In this document: positions 1 to 9,315 of the stretch, one piece after another | How the letters are laid out: every line of letters starts with the position of its first letter | Position numbering within the stretch: the first letter of the stretch is position 1 | Source of the DNA: Dehalococcoidia bacterium | GTDB lineage: Bacteria; Chloroflexota; Dehalococcoidia; UBA2979 | Direction: 5' to 3' | Length of the DNA stretch: 64,000 bases | Assembly (NCBI GenBank): GCA_965208885.1 | Contig: CBDBPS010000002.1 | Coordinates: 1,237,750 to 1,301,749, forward strand | The notes under the pieces: model-generated | What the model saw: only the letters and a program-made list of their open reading frames with translations | What the model was told of the DNA's origin: nothing | Databases searched by the model: none | Program-made: the position numbers and the translations under genes

Positions 1-1
1 A

Positions 2-589
2 GAACTGCTTCCGACACCGTTCGTCGGCGACCCAGATGCACCCGTTGTACTGCTGAACCTCAATCCGGGCTATAGCGACAGGGATCCCGGGGACTATGCC
101 GAGCGGACCTTCCGCAATGCGGCGGTGGAGAATCTCACTCATGCGGTGAGCGGCCTGCCATTCTTCCCTATCGATCCTCGATTCGATGCAACTTCGTCCT
201 ATGACTGGTGGGCTGCGAGGCTGCGCGAGATCATGGAGGCCGCCGGATCGGACAACGTCGCCCGCAGCCTCTTCTGCGTCCAAGCGTTTCCGTACCACTC
301 AGTAGGCTTCGACTCGTGGCTATGGGACTCGGCGAGGCTGTACGAATCGTTCCCATCGCAGCGCTACACGGCACACCTCCTGTCTGAAGCGGTGGAGCGT
401 GGCGCAATGATCATCGGCTTACGCTCCGGCAAGGATGCCCGGAACTACTGGGGCAGCACCATGCCAGATCTCGATAGGGTCTGGTGGCTCCGCACCCGAA
501 CCGGCGGTGCACCCCGCAGCCCGTACGTGACTGAGAACCTGCTCGGCAGCGAGGGGTGGCGGGAACTCAGGAGCCGGCTCGGGGCATAA
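2..589 (+). CDS. hypothetical protein, 5'-truncated at window edge (frame open from nt 2; the first in-frame ATG at 125 is probably not the start)
   Basis: Open frame from window start to the stop at 589 with coding-like composition. I recognise no family. Confidence 0.45.
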   Translation, partial: ELLPTPFVGDPDAPVVLLNLNPGYSDRDPGDYAERTFRNAAVENLTHAVSGLPFFPIDPRFDATSSYDWWAARLREIMEAAGSDNVARSLFCVQAFPYHSVGFDSWLWDSARLYESFPSQRYTAHLLSEAVERGAMIIGLRSGKDARNYWGSTMPDLDRVWWLRTRTGGAPRSPYVTENLLGSEGWRELRSRLGA

Positions 590-639
590 ACACACATCGC
601 GACCGGTACCTCATCCACACCAGGGCACGGGAGCCACGC

Positions 640-860
640 ACCGGACGCCTCCCGCTGCCCCCTCTCCCCGAGGGAGAGGGCAGGGGTGAGGGAGATGGCG
701 CGGCGGATACAAGAGCCCCGCGACGCCTGTGGGCGTCCCCCCTCACCCTAGCCCTCGCCCCCTTCCCGGGGCGCGAGGGGATCAGATTTCGGCCCTCGCC
801 CTCGCCTGGCAGAGAGGGCGGGGGTGAGGGAGATGCGGCGCCGGGTGCGAGGAGATCAGA
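640..860. repeat. cluster of GC-rich palindromic repeat units (CCCTCACCC / CCCTCTCCCC / GGGGCGAGGGGATCAGAT arms) in both orientations
   Basis: Direct sequence comparison with copies at 6296-6372, 9244-9300, 41371-41700 and 53815-53945. Confidence 0.8.
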
Positions 861-899
861 CTCGGAGCGGAGGGCGCTGCCGCGCTGCTGGGCCCCGTC

Positions 900-2213
900 G
901 TGCGGCGTTACGATGACTGCATGACCGCCGCCGCGGACGCACCTCGGACCAGCCGGAGCGCGCTCTCCTACCCCAGCTACCGACGCTACTGGGTGTCGGC
1001 GGTCATGCGTGTCTTCGGTTTCCAGTTCCAGTTCATCGGCCTCGGCTGGCTCGTCGCCGTCGAGCTCGACTATTCGCCGTTCTGGCTCGGCACCGTGTGG
1101 ATGGCGAACGCCGTCCCCACCATCCTGCTCTCCCTCCCCGGCGGCGCCCTCGCCGACCGCAGCGACCCGTACAAGCTCATGGTCGGTACGCAGTTCCTGA
1201 TGGCTACCGGCCAGGCGGTGCTGGCAGTGCTGATCCTGACCGGGCTCGTCGAGCTCTGGATGGTCATCGCGTGGGCCATCTTCACCGGCGTGCTCTGGGC
1301 CGTCGCGGCGCCGTCCATGAACACGCTGCTCCCGAGGCTCATCGAGCCGCCCGCGATGCCGAGCGCAGTCGCGCTGATCAGCGCCATCTGGAGCGCGCTG
1401 CGCATCGTGGGGCCTGCCGGTGCGGGGGTGTTGATCGCGCTGGTCGGGACGGGTCACGCCTTCTCGGTGTGCGCGGCGCTCAATGTGCTCTCGTTCGTCG
1501 TGATGCTCACCATCCACGTCGCCTCGCGCGACGCGACCGAGCGCGAGGCCGGCGACGACGGCGGGATGCGGGCCGCGTTGCGGTTTGTCTTCGGACGCCC
1601 CGTGTTCGTGGCGACCATCGGGTTGTCGTTCTTCACCTCGGTCTTCGGCACCTCCTACGTCATCTTGCTGCCGATCTTCGCCAACGACCTGCTCAATGTC
1701 GGCTCGGAGGGCTTCGGCTTCATGGAAGCCGTCGCCGGGATTGGCTCCCTGGCGGGGACGTGGTGGGTGCTCCGCTACGGTATCGGCCAGCGGCCCGGCG
1801 TGCTCATGGCCGCCTCGGCGGCGGTGTTCGGCGTGCTCATCGCCATGTTCGCGGCCACGGACCACCTCGCGCCCGCCTCGGTGCTGCTGCTGGTGTCGGG
1901 CGTGACAGCCGAGCTGTACCTGATCATCGGGATGACGGTGATCCAGTTGCTGGTGCCCGACAGCCTGCGAGGCCGGGTGATGGGCATCTGGTCGATGACG
2001 TACTTCCTGGTCGCGGTCGGCGGCTTCATCGCGGGCTTCGCGGCGGAGTTCATCGGCGTCCGCATCACCATCGCGGCGGGGGCGCTCTCGGTGACGGCGT
2101 TCGCCCTCGCTGTCTACTTCGCCTCGTCTGAGTTGCGCGGCCTGCGCGGTGATGACGTGACACCCACGCCCGAGCCCGCCGAGGCAGCATCGGAGGCAGC
2201 GGCAGCGGGCTGA
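900..2213 (+). CDS. MFS transporter (EntS/enterobactin-exporter-like)
   Basis: About 12 predicted TM helices. The MFS-typical N-terminus 'YRRYWVSAV...GLGWLVAVEL' and a 'PGGALADRSDP' loop motif are present. Start is GTG at 900 or ATG at 921. Confidence 0.8.
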   Translation: MRRYDDCMTAAADAPRTSRSALSYPSYRRYWVSAVMRVFGFQFQFIGLGWLVAVELDYSPFWLGTVWMANAVPTILLSLPGGALADRSDPYKLMVGTQFLMATGQAVLAVLILTGLVELWMVIAWAIFTGVLWAVAAPSMNTLLPRLIEPPAMPSAVALISAIWSALRIVGPAGAGVLIALVGTGHAFSVCAALNVLSFVVMLTIHVASRDATEREAGDDGGMRAALRFVFGRPVFVATIGLSFFTSVFGTSYVILLPIFANDLLNVGSEGFGFMEAVAGIGSLAGTWWVLRYGIGQRPGVLMAASAAVFGVLIAMFAATDHLAPASVLLLVSGVTAELYLIIGMTVIQLLVPDSLRGRVMGIWSMTYFLVAVGGFIAGFAAEFIGVRITIAAGALSVTAFALAVYFASSELRGLRGDDVTPTPEPAEAASEAAAAG

Positions 2214-2249
2214 CGCCGTCGCCCGCCCGGACAATGCGTCGTCGGGTGG

Positions 2250-2284
2250 GGTAAATCGAGCCTCGGACACCCTACGATGGTTCC
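2250..2284 (+). promoter_or_regulatory. conserved promoter-like motif GGTAAATCGAGCC...TACGAT-6nt-ATG upstream of LuxR-TM regulator paralog 1 (leaderless start implied)
   Basis: Near-identical motif upstream of the paralogs at 6440-6475 and 52519-52551 (minus strand). Confidence 0.4.
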
Positions 2285-3565
2285 ATGGAGCGCAACCGTC
2301 GCGGCAGACCGCCCCACCCCGATGTGCTCACCCCGGCCGAGTGGCGCGTGCTCGAGGCGCTGCGCGACGGCGGGACGAACGCCGAGATCGCCACGCGCCT
2401 CGGCCTCAGCGCCGACACGGTGAAGTACCACATCTCGAACATGCTCGCGAAGCTGGAGCTGCGCGACCGTCGCGCGCTCGCCTCGTGGCGCCCCGAGGAG
2501 CGTCGAGGCCGCCTCGGCGCGCTGTTCACGGTGCCAGCGGTGGTGTGGTCGGTCGCGAGGCCGATCGCGTGGGTGGGGGCGGGGACGGCGGCTGTCGCGG
2601 GTGTGGTGGTGGGCGTCGTCGCCGTCGTGGCGCTGGTGGCCGTGGTGCTCGTCACCGCGGGCGGCGACAGCGACCCACCACCGCCGGTCGCGCCGACGCC
2701 GACGCACACCTCGACGCCCGCCCCGACGCGGACGCCGACTCCCGGGCTCGCGCCTGATCACCAGGACGACTGGTACGTTATCAGGGACACTTGGTTCAGG
2801 GACCCTTCGTACAGGAACTCACCACTGCCCCCTGGCCTGTACATCTACCGCGACGAGGAGTTCGAACCCCTGATCTTCGAGGTTCCGCCAGACACTCTCA
2901 TCAGGACAGGGGGCGTCTTCTATTTTGGAGGGTCAGATAGGCTCTGGCTCGATCTTGACGATATCCGGACCGGATCCTTTCTCCGCATCGAGGTGCGCTC
3001 CATCACTAACCGCTGGATCCAGCTGAGCCGTTACCACGACGGGTGCTTCTACGAATTGGGCGAGCCGTGCGAAGACCGGCGAGACGCCGCCGAAGACGTC
3101 CTTACCCGGATCCTTGCGTCGGTTGAGGGCTGCGCGAAGTCCACGCACCCCATCTGCAACTACGACCCACCGCCACCCGAGCCAACACCCGCACCTCGGC
3201 CACCCCGTTTGTGCCGGCCCGCACAACAGGTAGGCGCCGTGTTCGTCAGCGAGGCAGAGCTCCTGCACGACGGATACGTCATGCGCTCAGACGGTGATCG
3301 GCCGGTAATCTACAAGTTCAGGATCCGGCCGCAAGGCCGGCCAGACACACCGCCGACGCTGTATTTCTCGGTGCCAGAGGGGCTCCCACTCCGGTTCCAT
3401 GCGCGCGACGAAGAGACCATCACCCTCCGACACGCAGAGACCGACCTGTGGGTCCGTTACCACCTGTATGGAGGATACGAGGTTGGGCGTCACCCCGACG
3501 GCTCAGGATGGGCCAGAGGTCTGCTGCATCACGTGTCATCGTCGACCTGCGTCATCCCCCCATGA
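2285..3565 (+). CDS. membrane-anchored LuxR/GerE-family regulator: N-terminal HTH, single TM, Pro/Thr linker and a C-terminal extracytoplasmic domain of unknown family (paralog 1)
   Basis: Residues 14-75 match the LuxR C-terminal-type HTH ('LTPAEWRVLEALRDGGTNAEIATRLGLSADTVKYHISNMLAKLEL'). A hydrophobic helix 'AAVAGVVVGVVAVVALVAVVLV' follows, then a PPPPVAPTPTHTSTPAPTRTPTP linker. The region from 2760 onward has lower GC than surrounding DNA. Confidence 0.75.
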   Translation: MERNRRGRPPHPDVLTPAEWRVLEALRDGGTNAEIATRLGLSADTVKYHISNMLAKLELRDRRALASWRPEERRGRLGALFTVPAVVWSVARPIAWVGAGTAAVAGVVVGVVAVVALVAVVLVTAGGDSDPPPPVAPTPTHTSTPAPTRTPTPGLAPDHQDDWYVIRDTWFRDPSYRNSPLPPGLYIYRDEEFEPLIFEVPPDTLIRTGGVFYFGGSDRLWLDLDDIRTGSFLRIEVRSITNRWIQLSRYHDGCFYELGEPCEDRRDAAEDVLTRILASVEGCAKSTHPICNYDPPPPEPTPAPRPPRLCRPAQQVGAVFVSEAELLHDGYVMRSDGDRPVIYKFRIRPQGRPDTPPTLYFSVPEGLPLRFHARDEETITLRHAETDLWVRYHLYGGYEVGRHPDGSGWARGLLHHVSSSTCVIPP

Positions 3566-3710
3566 ATGTAACAGGCCTTGTACCCATCTCTTCGTGCAGC
3601 TGTGGATCCCGGGCTTGCTTGGCCAGCTTCACAGCTCTACCACCCACGCCCGAGGCTGCTGCCGCGAGCTGACGCGCGGCTCGCGCGCACGCTCGGCGGC
3701 ATCGCCCCCG

Positions 3711-4730
3711 TCACAGGACGCGGTGCACCAGGACGCCGCCGCGCCGCTCGGCGATGGCCTCGCCGCGCGCGACGAGCACGTCGAGCTGGCCGATGAGCTC
3801 GGTCATGGCCTGGGGGAGGCGGGGCTCGGGGAGGTGCGGGAACATCCGGCCGACCAGGCCGAACGCCGTGTCGGGCTGCTCCTCGAGCAGCGTCCGGAGT
3901 AGTGCCGGGCGGCGCTGGTGGTGGCGCTCGAAGCGGACGAAGAGCCGCTCCGCCGCCTCGCCCGCGACGGGTGTGCCGTGGCCGGGCAGCACGCGACGCA
4001 CGTCGAGCGCGCGCAGCCGCGCCACCGACGCGACGAAGTTGGGCAGCGACGGCAGTCGCGGGCCGACCCCACCATCCTCGGCGCCGGCGAAGTGCAAGCC
4101 GGGCGTCGGGACGGTGCCGGGCAGCAACGTGTCGCCCGAGTAGAGGTCGCCCGTCGCCTCGACGTAGGCGACGAGGTTGCCCCGCGTGTGGCCGGGCGCG
4201 TGGATCGCGCGCAGCGACGCGCCGCCCGCCAGCGCGAACTCCTCGCCGTCCTCGACCGCGTCGATGGCGTCGAGGGGGCACGGCTCCCAGCGGTACTCGG
4301 GAGGCCGCCTGCGCGTCGGCGACGACATCTGCTCGACGAGCTTGGCCGGCACCCCATGCTCGATCAACGCGTCGATGCGCGCGCCCCGCCGAGCGTCGTA
4401 CCACGCCTGCCCCCCGACGAGCGCGGGCACGTCGGCGGCCCCGGCGAGGATGCGGGCGCCCTCGGCGGCCCAGCGGGCGGCGAGCCCAGCGTGGTCGAGG
4501 TGGTGGTGGGTGATGAGCACCGCGCGCACGTCGGCGGTCTCGACGCCGCCCGCCGCGAGCCGCGCGCCCAGCAGCTCCCACGTCCCGCCGCCCGTGCCGT
4601 CCTCGGCGGCCGGTGCGCCCTCGAAGTCCGGTATGTCGGGCCCCGCGTCGACGAGCATCGTGCCGCCCTCGGCGAGGGGGAGGGCGTAGGCGGTGTTGTC
4701 GCCGAGAGGGAGCGGGAGGGGGTCAGTCAC
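3711..4730 (-). CDS. MBL-fold metallo-hydrolase
   Basis: HHHLDHAG (HxHxDH) motif plus downstream His/Asp ligands. Start is GTG at 4730. Confidence 0.85.
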   Translation of the reverse strand: MTDPLPLPLGDNTAYALPLAEGGTMLVDAGPDIPDFEGAPAAEDGTGGGTWELLGARLAAGGVETADVRAVLITHHHLDHAGLAARWAAEGARILAGAADVPALVGGQAWYDARRGARIDALIEHGVPAKLVEQMSSPTRRRPPEYRWEPCPLDAIDAVEDGEEFALAGGASLRAIHAPGHTRGNLVAYVEATGDLYSGDTLLPGTVPTPGLHFAGAEDGGVGPRLPSLPNFVASVARLRALDVRRVLPGHGTPVAGEAAERLFVRFERHHQRRPALLRTLLEEQPDTAFGLVGRMFPHLPEPRLPQAMTELIGQLDVLVARGEAIAERRGGVLVHRVL

Positions 4731-4789
4731 GCGGGTACACTCTCTCGTGCGCGCAGCGGACGCACCCCACCACTACCGACGGAGGACGG

Positions 4790-5048
4790 CATGAGCAAGC
4801 GGCTGCCGACTCTGGCCGACGTGCTTGAGGCGATTCGGGAGACGGTTGCGGACGGTCCCGAGGAGTATCGCCTGCCGGACTTCCTTGCCTCAATCGACTG
4901 GTCCACCGCCGTGCGCCCGACGCCCGAGGTTGCGGCGATGCTCGGGCGCCTCGAGCTGTGGGACTCAGAGTATCGTGAGGGCGACCTCGACTGGCCCGAG
5001 TTCGCCGAGCGCCTTGGCTCACTGAGCGAGGGCATCGCCGCCGGGTAG
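4790..5048 (+). CDS. small hypothetical protein (86 aa)
   Basis: GGAGGA RBS 6 nt upstream of ATG; GC3 about 80%. The upstream part of the long track ORF 3918..5048 is antisense to the MBL gene and was not called. Confidence 0.5.
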
Positions 5049-5054
5049 CGGGCG

Positions 5055-6284
5055 CTACCCCTCACCCAACAGCCACGTCCGCACCATGTTCAGCGCCTGC
5101 GTCGTCGCGCGGCGCTTCGCGGCCTCGCGGCCCTGGTAGTACGACCACGTCTCGTACGCGAAGCGCTCACCGTCGGTGAGCGCGAGGTGCATCGTGCCGG
5201 GGGGCTGGCCCTCGACCTCCTCGGCGCCGGCGATCCCCGTCAGGCCGAGGCCGAGATCCGCGCCGAGGGCCTCGCGAGCCGCGGCCGCCATCGCCTCCGC
5301 CGTCTCGCGCGAGATCACGCCGTGGGTTGCGGGCACCTCGGGCGGCACGCCGTTGGCGATCTTCGCCTCGGTCGCGTAGGTGACGAGGCTGCCGCGGAAG
5401 TACTCCGAGGAGCCCGCCACGTCGGTGATCGCGTTGCCGATCGCACCGCCCGTCGCCGACTCCATGACCGCGAGCGTCATCCCGCGCTCGCGCAGCAGCC
5501 GCCCGACGCCCGCGGCGAGCGTGTCGTCGTCCTCGCCCCACACGTTCGGCCCGAGGATCGAGCGAACGCGTTCCCCGACCGGGTCGATGAGCCGCCACGC
5601 CTCCTCGCGCGTCGGGGCCTTGGCGCTGATGCGTACGTGCACGCCGTCGCGACGCGCGTAGAGGCCGATCGAGGGGTTCGAGGTGCTGAGCAGCGACTCC
5701 AGCATCTCGTCAACCATCGACTCGCCGAGGCCGGCGGTCTTGAGGGTGTGCGAGACGAGGATGGCGTCGGCGCGACGCTCCAGCTCCGGGGCGACCTCGT
5801 GCTCCCACATGTGGGTCATCTCGGCCGGGGGGCCGGGCATGAGCACCGTCACGCGCCCGTCGCGCTCCACCCACCAACCGGGCGCGGTGCCGCGCGGGTT
5901 GGCGATGGCGCGCGCCGAGGGGATGAGCCACGCCTGCTTCATGTTGCGCTCGATGAGCGTGCGGCCGCGCTGCCCAAAGCGCTCCTCGAGGATGGCGCGC
6001 TGCTCGTCGTCGACGTGCACCTCCTCGCCGAGCACGGAGGCGACGGCCTCGCGGGTGACGTCGTCCTCGGTGGGGCCGAGGCCGCCGGTGGCGAAGGTGT
6101 AGTCGGAGCGCTCGCGGGCGCGGGCGAGCACCTCGTGGAGGCGGCCGGGGTTGTCGCCGACCTGGGTGACGTAGAGCAGGTCGATGCCGAACTCGGGGAG
6201 CTGCGAGGCGATGAAGGCGGCGTTCGTGTCGGTGATCTCACCGAGCATGATCTCGGTCCCGATCGAGACGATCTCCGCCCGCAT
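5055..6284 (-). CDS. cinA: CinA-family protein (MoaB/MogA-like domain plus C-terminal CinA/PncC-like nicotinamide-nucleotide amidohydrolase domain)
   Basis: The sequence 'MRAEIVSIGTEIMLGEITDTNAAFIASQL...' matches CinA. ATG at 6284..6282 was verified on the + strand as CAT. The upstream part of the track ORF runs into the repeat element. Confidence 0.85.
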   Translation of the reverse strand: MRAEIVSIGTEIMLGEITDTNAAFIASQLPEFGIDLLYVTQVGDNPGRLHEVLARARERSDYTFATGGLGPTEDDVTREAVASVLGEEVHVDDEQRAILEERFGQRGRTLIERNMKQAWLIPSARAIANPRGTAPGWWVERDGRVTVLMPGPPAEMTHMWEHEVAPELERRADAILVSHTLKTAGLGESMVDEMLESLLSTSNPSIGLYARRDGVHVRISAKAPTREEAWRLIDPVGERVRSILGPNVWGEDDDTLAAGVGRLLRERGMTLAVMESATGGAIGNAITDVAGSSEYFRGSLVTYATEAKIANGVPPEVPATHGVISRETAEAMAAAAREALGADLGLGLTGIAGAEEVEGQPPGTMHLALTDGERFAYETWSYYQGREAAKRRATTQALNMVRTWLLGEG

Positions 6285-6295
6285 GCCGCTGTCCC

Positions 6296-6372
6296 CTCGC
6301 CGCCCGACCCGCGTTCCGGTCCCCTCGCCCCGTCGGGGAGAGGGTGAGGGTGAGGGGTCTGCCCGCGCGGTC
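6296..6372. repeat. GC-rich palindromic repeat element (reverse orientation) in the cinA / LuxR-LRR divergent intergenic region
   Basis: The reverse complement reads CCCCTCACCCTCACCCTCTCCCCGACGGGGCGAGGGGACC, matching the family. Confidence 0.8.
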
Positions 6373-6439
6373 CCTGCTCTCACCACCGTGCCGCGTCGAG
6401 GATACAGGGCGTCTCGTCGCGGGGCGCGAGGGTCGGGTA

Positions 6440-6475
6440 GGGAAACCTCGGCGCTCCGCACACTAGGATGGTTCG
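6440..6475 (+). promoter_or_regulatory. conserved promoter-like motif GGGAAACCTCGGC...TAGGAT-6nt-ATG upstream of paralog 2
   Basis: Aligned with 2250-2284 and 52519-52551. Confidence 0.35.
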
Positions 6476-8478
6476 ATGGAGCGCAACCGTGGCGGCCGAC
6501 CCCGGCACCCCGACGTCCTGACGCCGGCCGAGTGGCGGGTGCTCGAGGCGTTGCGCGAGGGCGGGACGAACGCCGAGATCGGCGCACGGCTCGGGATCAG
6601 CGCCGACGCGGTCAAGTACCACGTCTCGAACATGCTCGGGAAGCTGGAGTTGCGCGACCGCCGCGCGCTCGCCGCTTGGCGCCCCCAGGAGCGTCGAGGC
6701 CGGATGCCGGCGTGGTTCGCGGTCCCGGCGGCCCTCGCGGCCATCGCGCGGCCGGTCGCGTGGGTGGGGATCGGGACCGCGGCCGCTGTTGTGGCGGTGG
6801 CCGTGGTGCTCATAGTGGTGACAGGCGACGGCGAGCCGTCCTCGGTCGCCCTCCCGCCGGTCGCCACGCCCGACGCCACTTCGACGCCAGCGGCGACGGC
6901 GACGGTCGCGCCGACGGCGAGCGCGACGCCATCGCTCGCGCCGACCGTCACGCCCGCACCGGAACCAACGCCGACGCCCACACCAACTCCAGCGTCGACG
7001 CCGACGCCCACACCAACGCCGACCGCGGCACGCACGGGTCCTTCGGCACCGACGCTGCCGCCGTATTCGCTCACGGTGACCATCACGGGGCCTGGAGGCG
7101 AGGTTACGCCCGCGGGGATCACGACGCAGGACGCGAACAGCGAGGTGACGCTGACAGCCGCTTGGAACGACGCGACGCACGACTTCGGTGGCTGGACCGG
7201 CGACTGCAGCGGCACGACCACGACGTGCGTGCTCACGATGGATGCGGACAAGACGATGACCGCGACGTTCACTGCGTTGCCCGCCACGCGCTGCGCGACT
7301 CCCGCCGCCGCAGACTGCATCCGCGCCGTGTACCGGGCGCGCCCACGGACTACGCCCAGGTCGTCGATATCCCGGCGGAGGTGCTGATCACGCGACGTGG
7401 GGACGGTCACTACCCCGTGAGGCGTGGGCAGCAGATCACTGTGGTGACCGCTGCGCCGCTACCCACCGGTTGGACGCGCTTCTACCTGGAGCGCGACGCG
7501 GGGCCGACGTACTGGACGCCGTCGCCTGTGAGCTTCTCGCAACTCATCCAGCCCGTGGGGACGACCTACACGTTCACGGTGACCACCGACGATCGCGGCG
7601 CGGACCTCATCACGTTCGACCTGACCGCCGCGAAGCCACACCCGGAGCGGCCAACGGACAAGCCGGTGCTCGGCGACGTCGTCGTGACCACCGCCATTAG
7701 GGTCGTTCCTCAGAGCATCTTCAGCACGTGCAGGACGGGAACGCCTGTCCCCAACCCCGCAGCGAATCCTGCCCTCGTCGAGGACTGCGAGGCCCTGATC
7801 GCGTGGCGGGACACGCTAGCGGGTACGGCCACGCTCGAGTGGCACGCAGGCATTGCGATGACGAGCTGGCAGGGCGTGACTGTCGCGGGGACCCCGAGCC
7901 GCGTCACGAAGCTGGAGCTCGCGGACACAGGGTTCACGGGCGAGCTCTCGGGTCTCGTCGGCGAGCTCACGGGACTGACGGAACTGCGCCTGAACGGCAA
8001 CGCTCTCTCGGGGCGCATCCCTTCGAAGGTGGCGCTGCTGAGCCGCCTCACCCACGTTTACCTGGGTGGGAACGCGATCACAGGCTACGTGCCTCCATCG
8101 CTGCGGGCCGTCGCGAACCACGATATCGCGACCCTCGGCGGCCTCCCGGACTGTGGCGCTCCCGTGGATGTGTCCTACGGAGACCACACGCTGACCGCCG
8201 GCACGTACCAGGTCATCTGGGCTGAAGGCGATCCGCCGCTGGTCTTTGACATACCACCTGGGCTCCAGCTGGAGGTGGATGGCTGGGCGTACCAGGGTCC
8301 GGACGAGGTTGGGCTGATCCTGCGGGAGGTAAACGGTGAGGCGTTCATTGGTCTCGACGTGTACGGGCTGTACGGGGGCCCGGAATGGGGCCGCTATCTG
8401 CCCGATCCCGGCGACGACGCCCGCCTGATTCCACTCTTCGACCGCGTCGTTGAGTCAGCATGGATAGACGAAGGGTAG
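6476..8478 (+). pseudogene. membrane-anchored LuxR/GerE-family regulator with extracytoplasmic plant-type LRR sensor (paralog 2); the reading frame is broken by a 1-nt deletion near 7335-7345 (frameshift or sequencing error)
   Basis: Frame 2 (6476..7387) encodes the HTH, TM helix and a long Pro/Thr/Ala linker. Frame 1 continues without stops to 8478 and encodes an LRRNT-like cap ('C.AL..WR.........W.GV.V.G...RVT.L.L') plus LRRs ('LSGLVGELTGLTELRLNGNALSGRIPSKVALLSRLTHVYLGGNAITGYVP'). The frame junction maps by nucleotide alignment to the intact paralog at 50908..52518. The N-terminal part of the track ORF 6184..8478 is not homologous to that paralog. Confidence 0.6.
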
Positions 8479-8552
8479 TGAACCTGGACACTACCCGCGG
8501 TGTCGCGTTGGCGACGGTCAAGTCAGGGCGACAGATTCACAGTGCGCGGCCC

Positions 8553-9206
8553 TTACACCCGCAACCGCGGCGCTCGCGGCGAGCGGAACGCCATGCGCTC
8601 GACGGGCTCGCCGGCGACCGAGGCTTCGAGGAGGCCTGTGCGGTCGTAGGTGATTGTGGCGGGGGTGGTGGGGTTGGGGGCGTCGGGGGTGTCGCCGAGC
8701 GGGACCAACTCGGCGCGGACGCCGTCGGCGGTGAGTTCGAGGAGCGCGACGGAGCCGAGGCGCGTGCGCTGGTGGTGCGGGAACGTCGGGCTGCCGGGGT
8801 CGAGCAGGAGCGTCTCGTCGCGGTGGACGAGCCGCTCGTAGTGCGAGTCGCCGGCGATCAGGATGTCGAGCGAGGCGTCGCCGTAGACCTCGGCGGCGAG
8901 CTGGCGCGGCGTGTCGATGTGGGCCGGGATCGCCTCGACGTCATGCACCATCCCGACCCGCCACCCGGCGTGCTCGACGTACTGGACGCGGTCGCAGCGT
9001 GGGTCGGTGAAGTGGTCCTGCCCGCCGAGCGAGCAGACGACGGGCGCGAACTGCTCGCACCAGTCGAGCACGCGCGGCAGGACCACGTCGCCCGCGTGCA
9101 TGATCAGGTCGACGTTCGCGAACACCTCGAGCGTGCGGCCGCCGAGGTCTGAGACCTCGGCGATGGGGCCGGGGAGGTGTGTGTCGGAGATCACGCCGAT
9201 GCGCAT
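8553..9206 (-). CDS. metallophosphoesterase (YfcE/MJ0936-family phosphodiesterase)
   Basis: The motifs 'MRIGVISDTHLP', 'HAGD' and 'GDSH' are present. Confidence 0.85.
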   Translation of the reverse strand: MRIGVISDTHLPGPIAEVSDLGGRTLEVFANVDLIMHAGDVVLPRVLDWCEQFAPVVCSLGGQDHFTDPRCDRVQYVEHAGWRVGMVHDVEAIPAHIDTPRQLAAEVYGDASLDILIAGDSHYERLVHRDETLLLDPGSPTFPHHQRTRLGSVALLELTADGVRAELVPLGDTPDAPNPTTPATITYDRTGLLEASVAGEPVERMAFRSPRAPRLRV

Positions 9207-9243
9207 GGCGCGATGCTACCGCTTCTGACCGTCGCCCTCGCTT

Positions 9244-9300
9244 GAGAAGAGCCCCCTCACCCTCACCCTCTCCCCCGCAGACGGGGGCGAGGGGATCAGA
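9244..9300. repeat. GC-rich palindromic repeat element: CCCCCTCACCCTCACCCTCTCCCCC-GCAGAC-GGGGGCGAGGGGATCAGA
   Basis: The 50-nt core is identical to the copy at 53890-53940. Confidence 0.85.
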
Positions 9301-9315
9301 AGCGATGCTGTGGGC

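Noticed and set aside
567-2270. 567-aa minus-strand ORF overlapping the MFS transporter gene and the repeat region
   Set aside because: It is antisense to a clearly homologous MFS gene. Its product is an R/G/D/H-rich low-complexity sequence typical of spurious ORFs in high-GC DNA.
6184-6475. N-terminal 97 codons of the track ORF 6184..8478
   Set aside because: This stretch is not homologous to the paralogs. It overlaps the repeat element and the promoter-like motif. Only the part downstream of the frameshift (after about 7340) is genuine coding in this frame.
7325-7395. Programmed ribosomal frameshift in LuxR-LRR paralog 2
   Set aside because: There is no slippery heptamer or downstream structure. 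Alignment to the intact paralog shows a simple 1-nt indel, so pseudogenisation or a sequencing error is more parsimonious.
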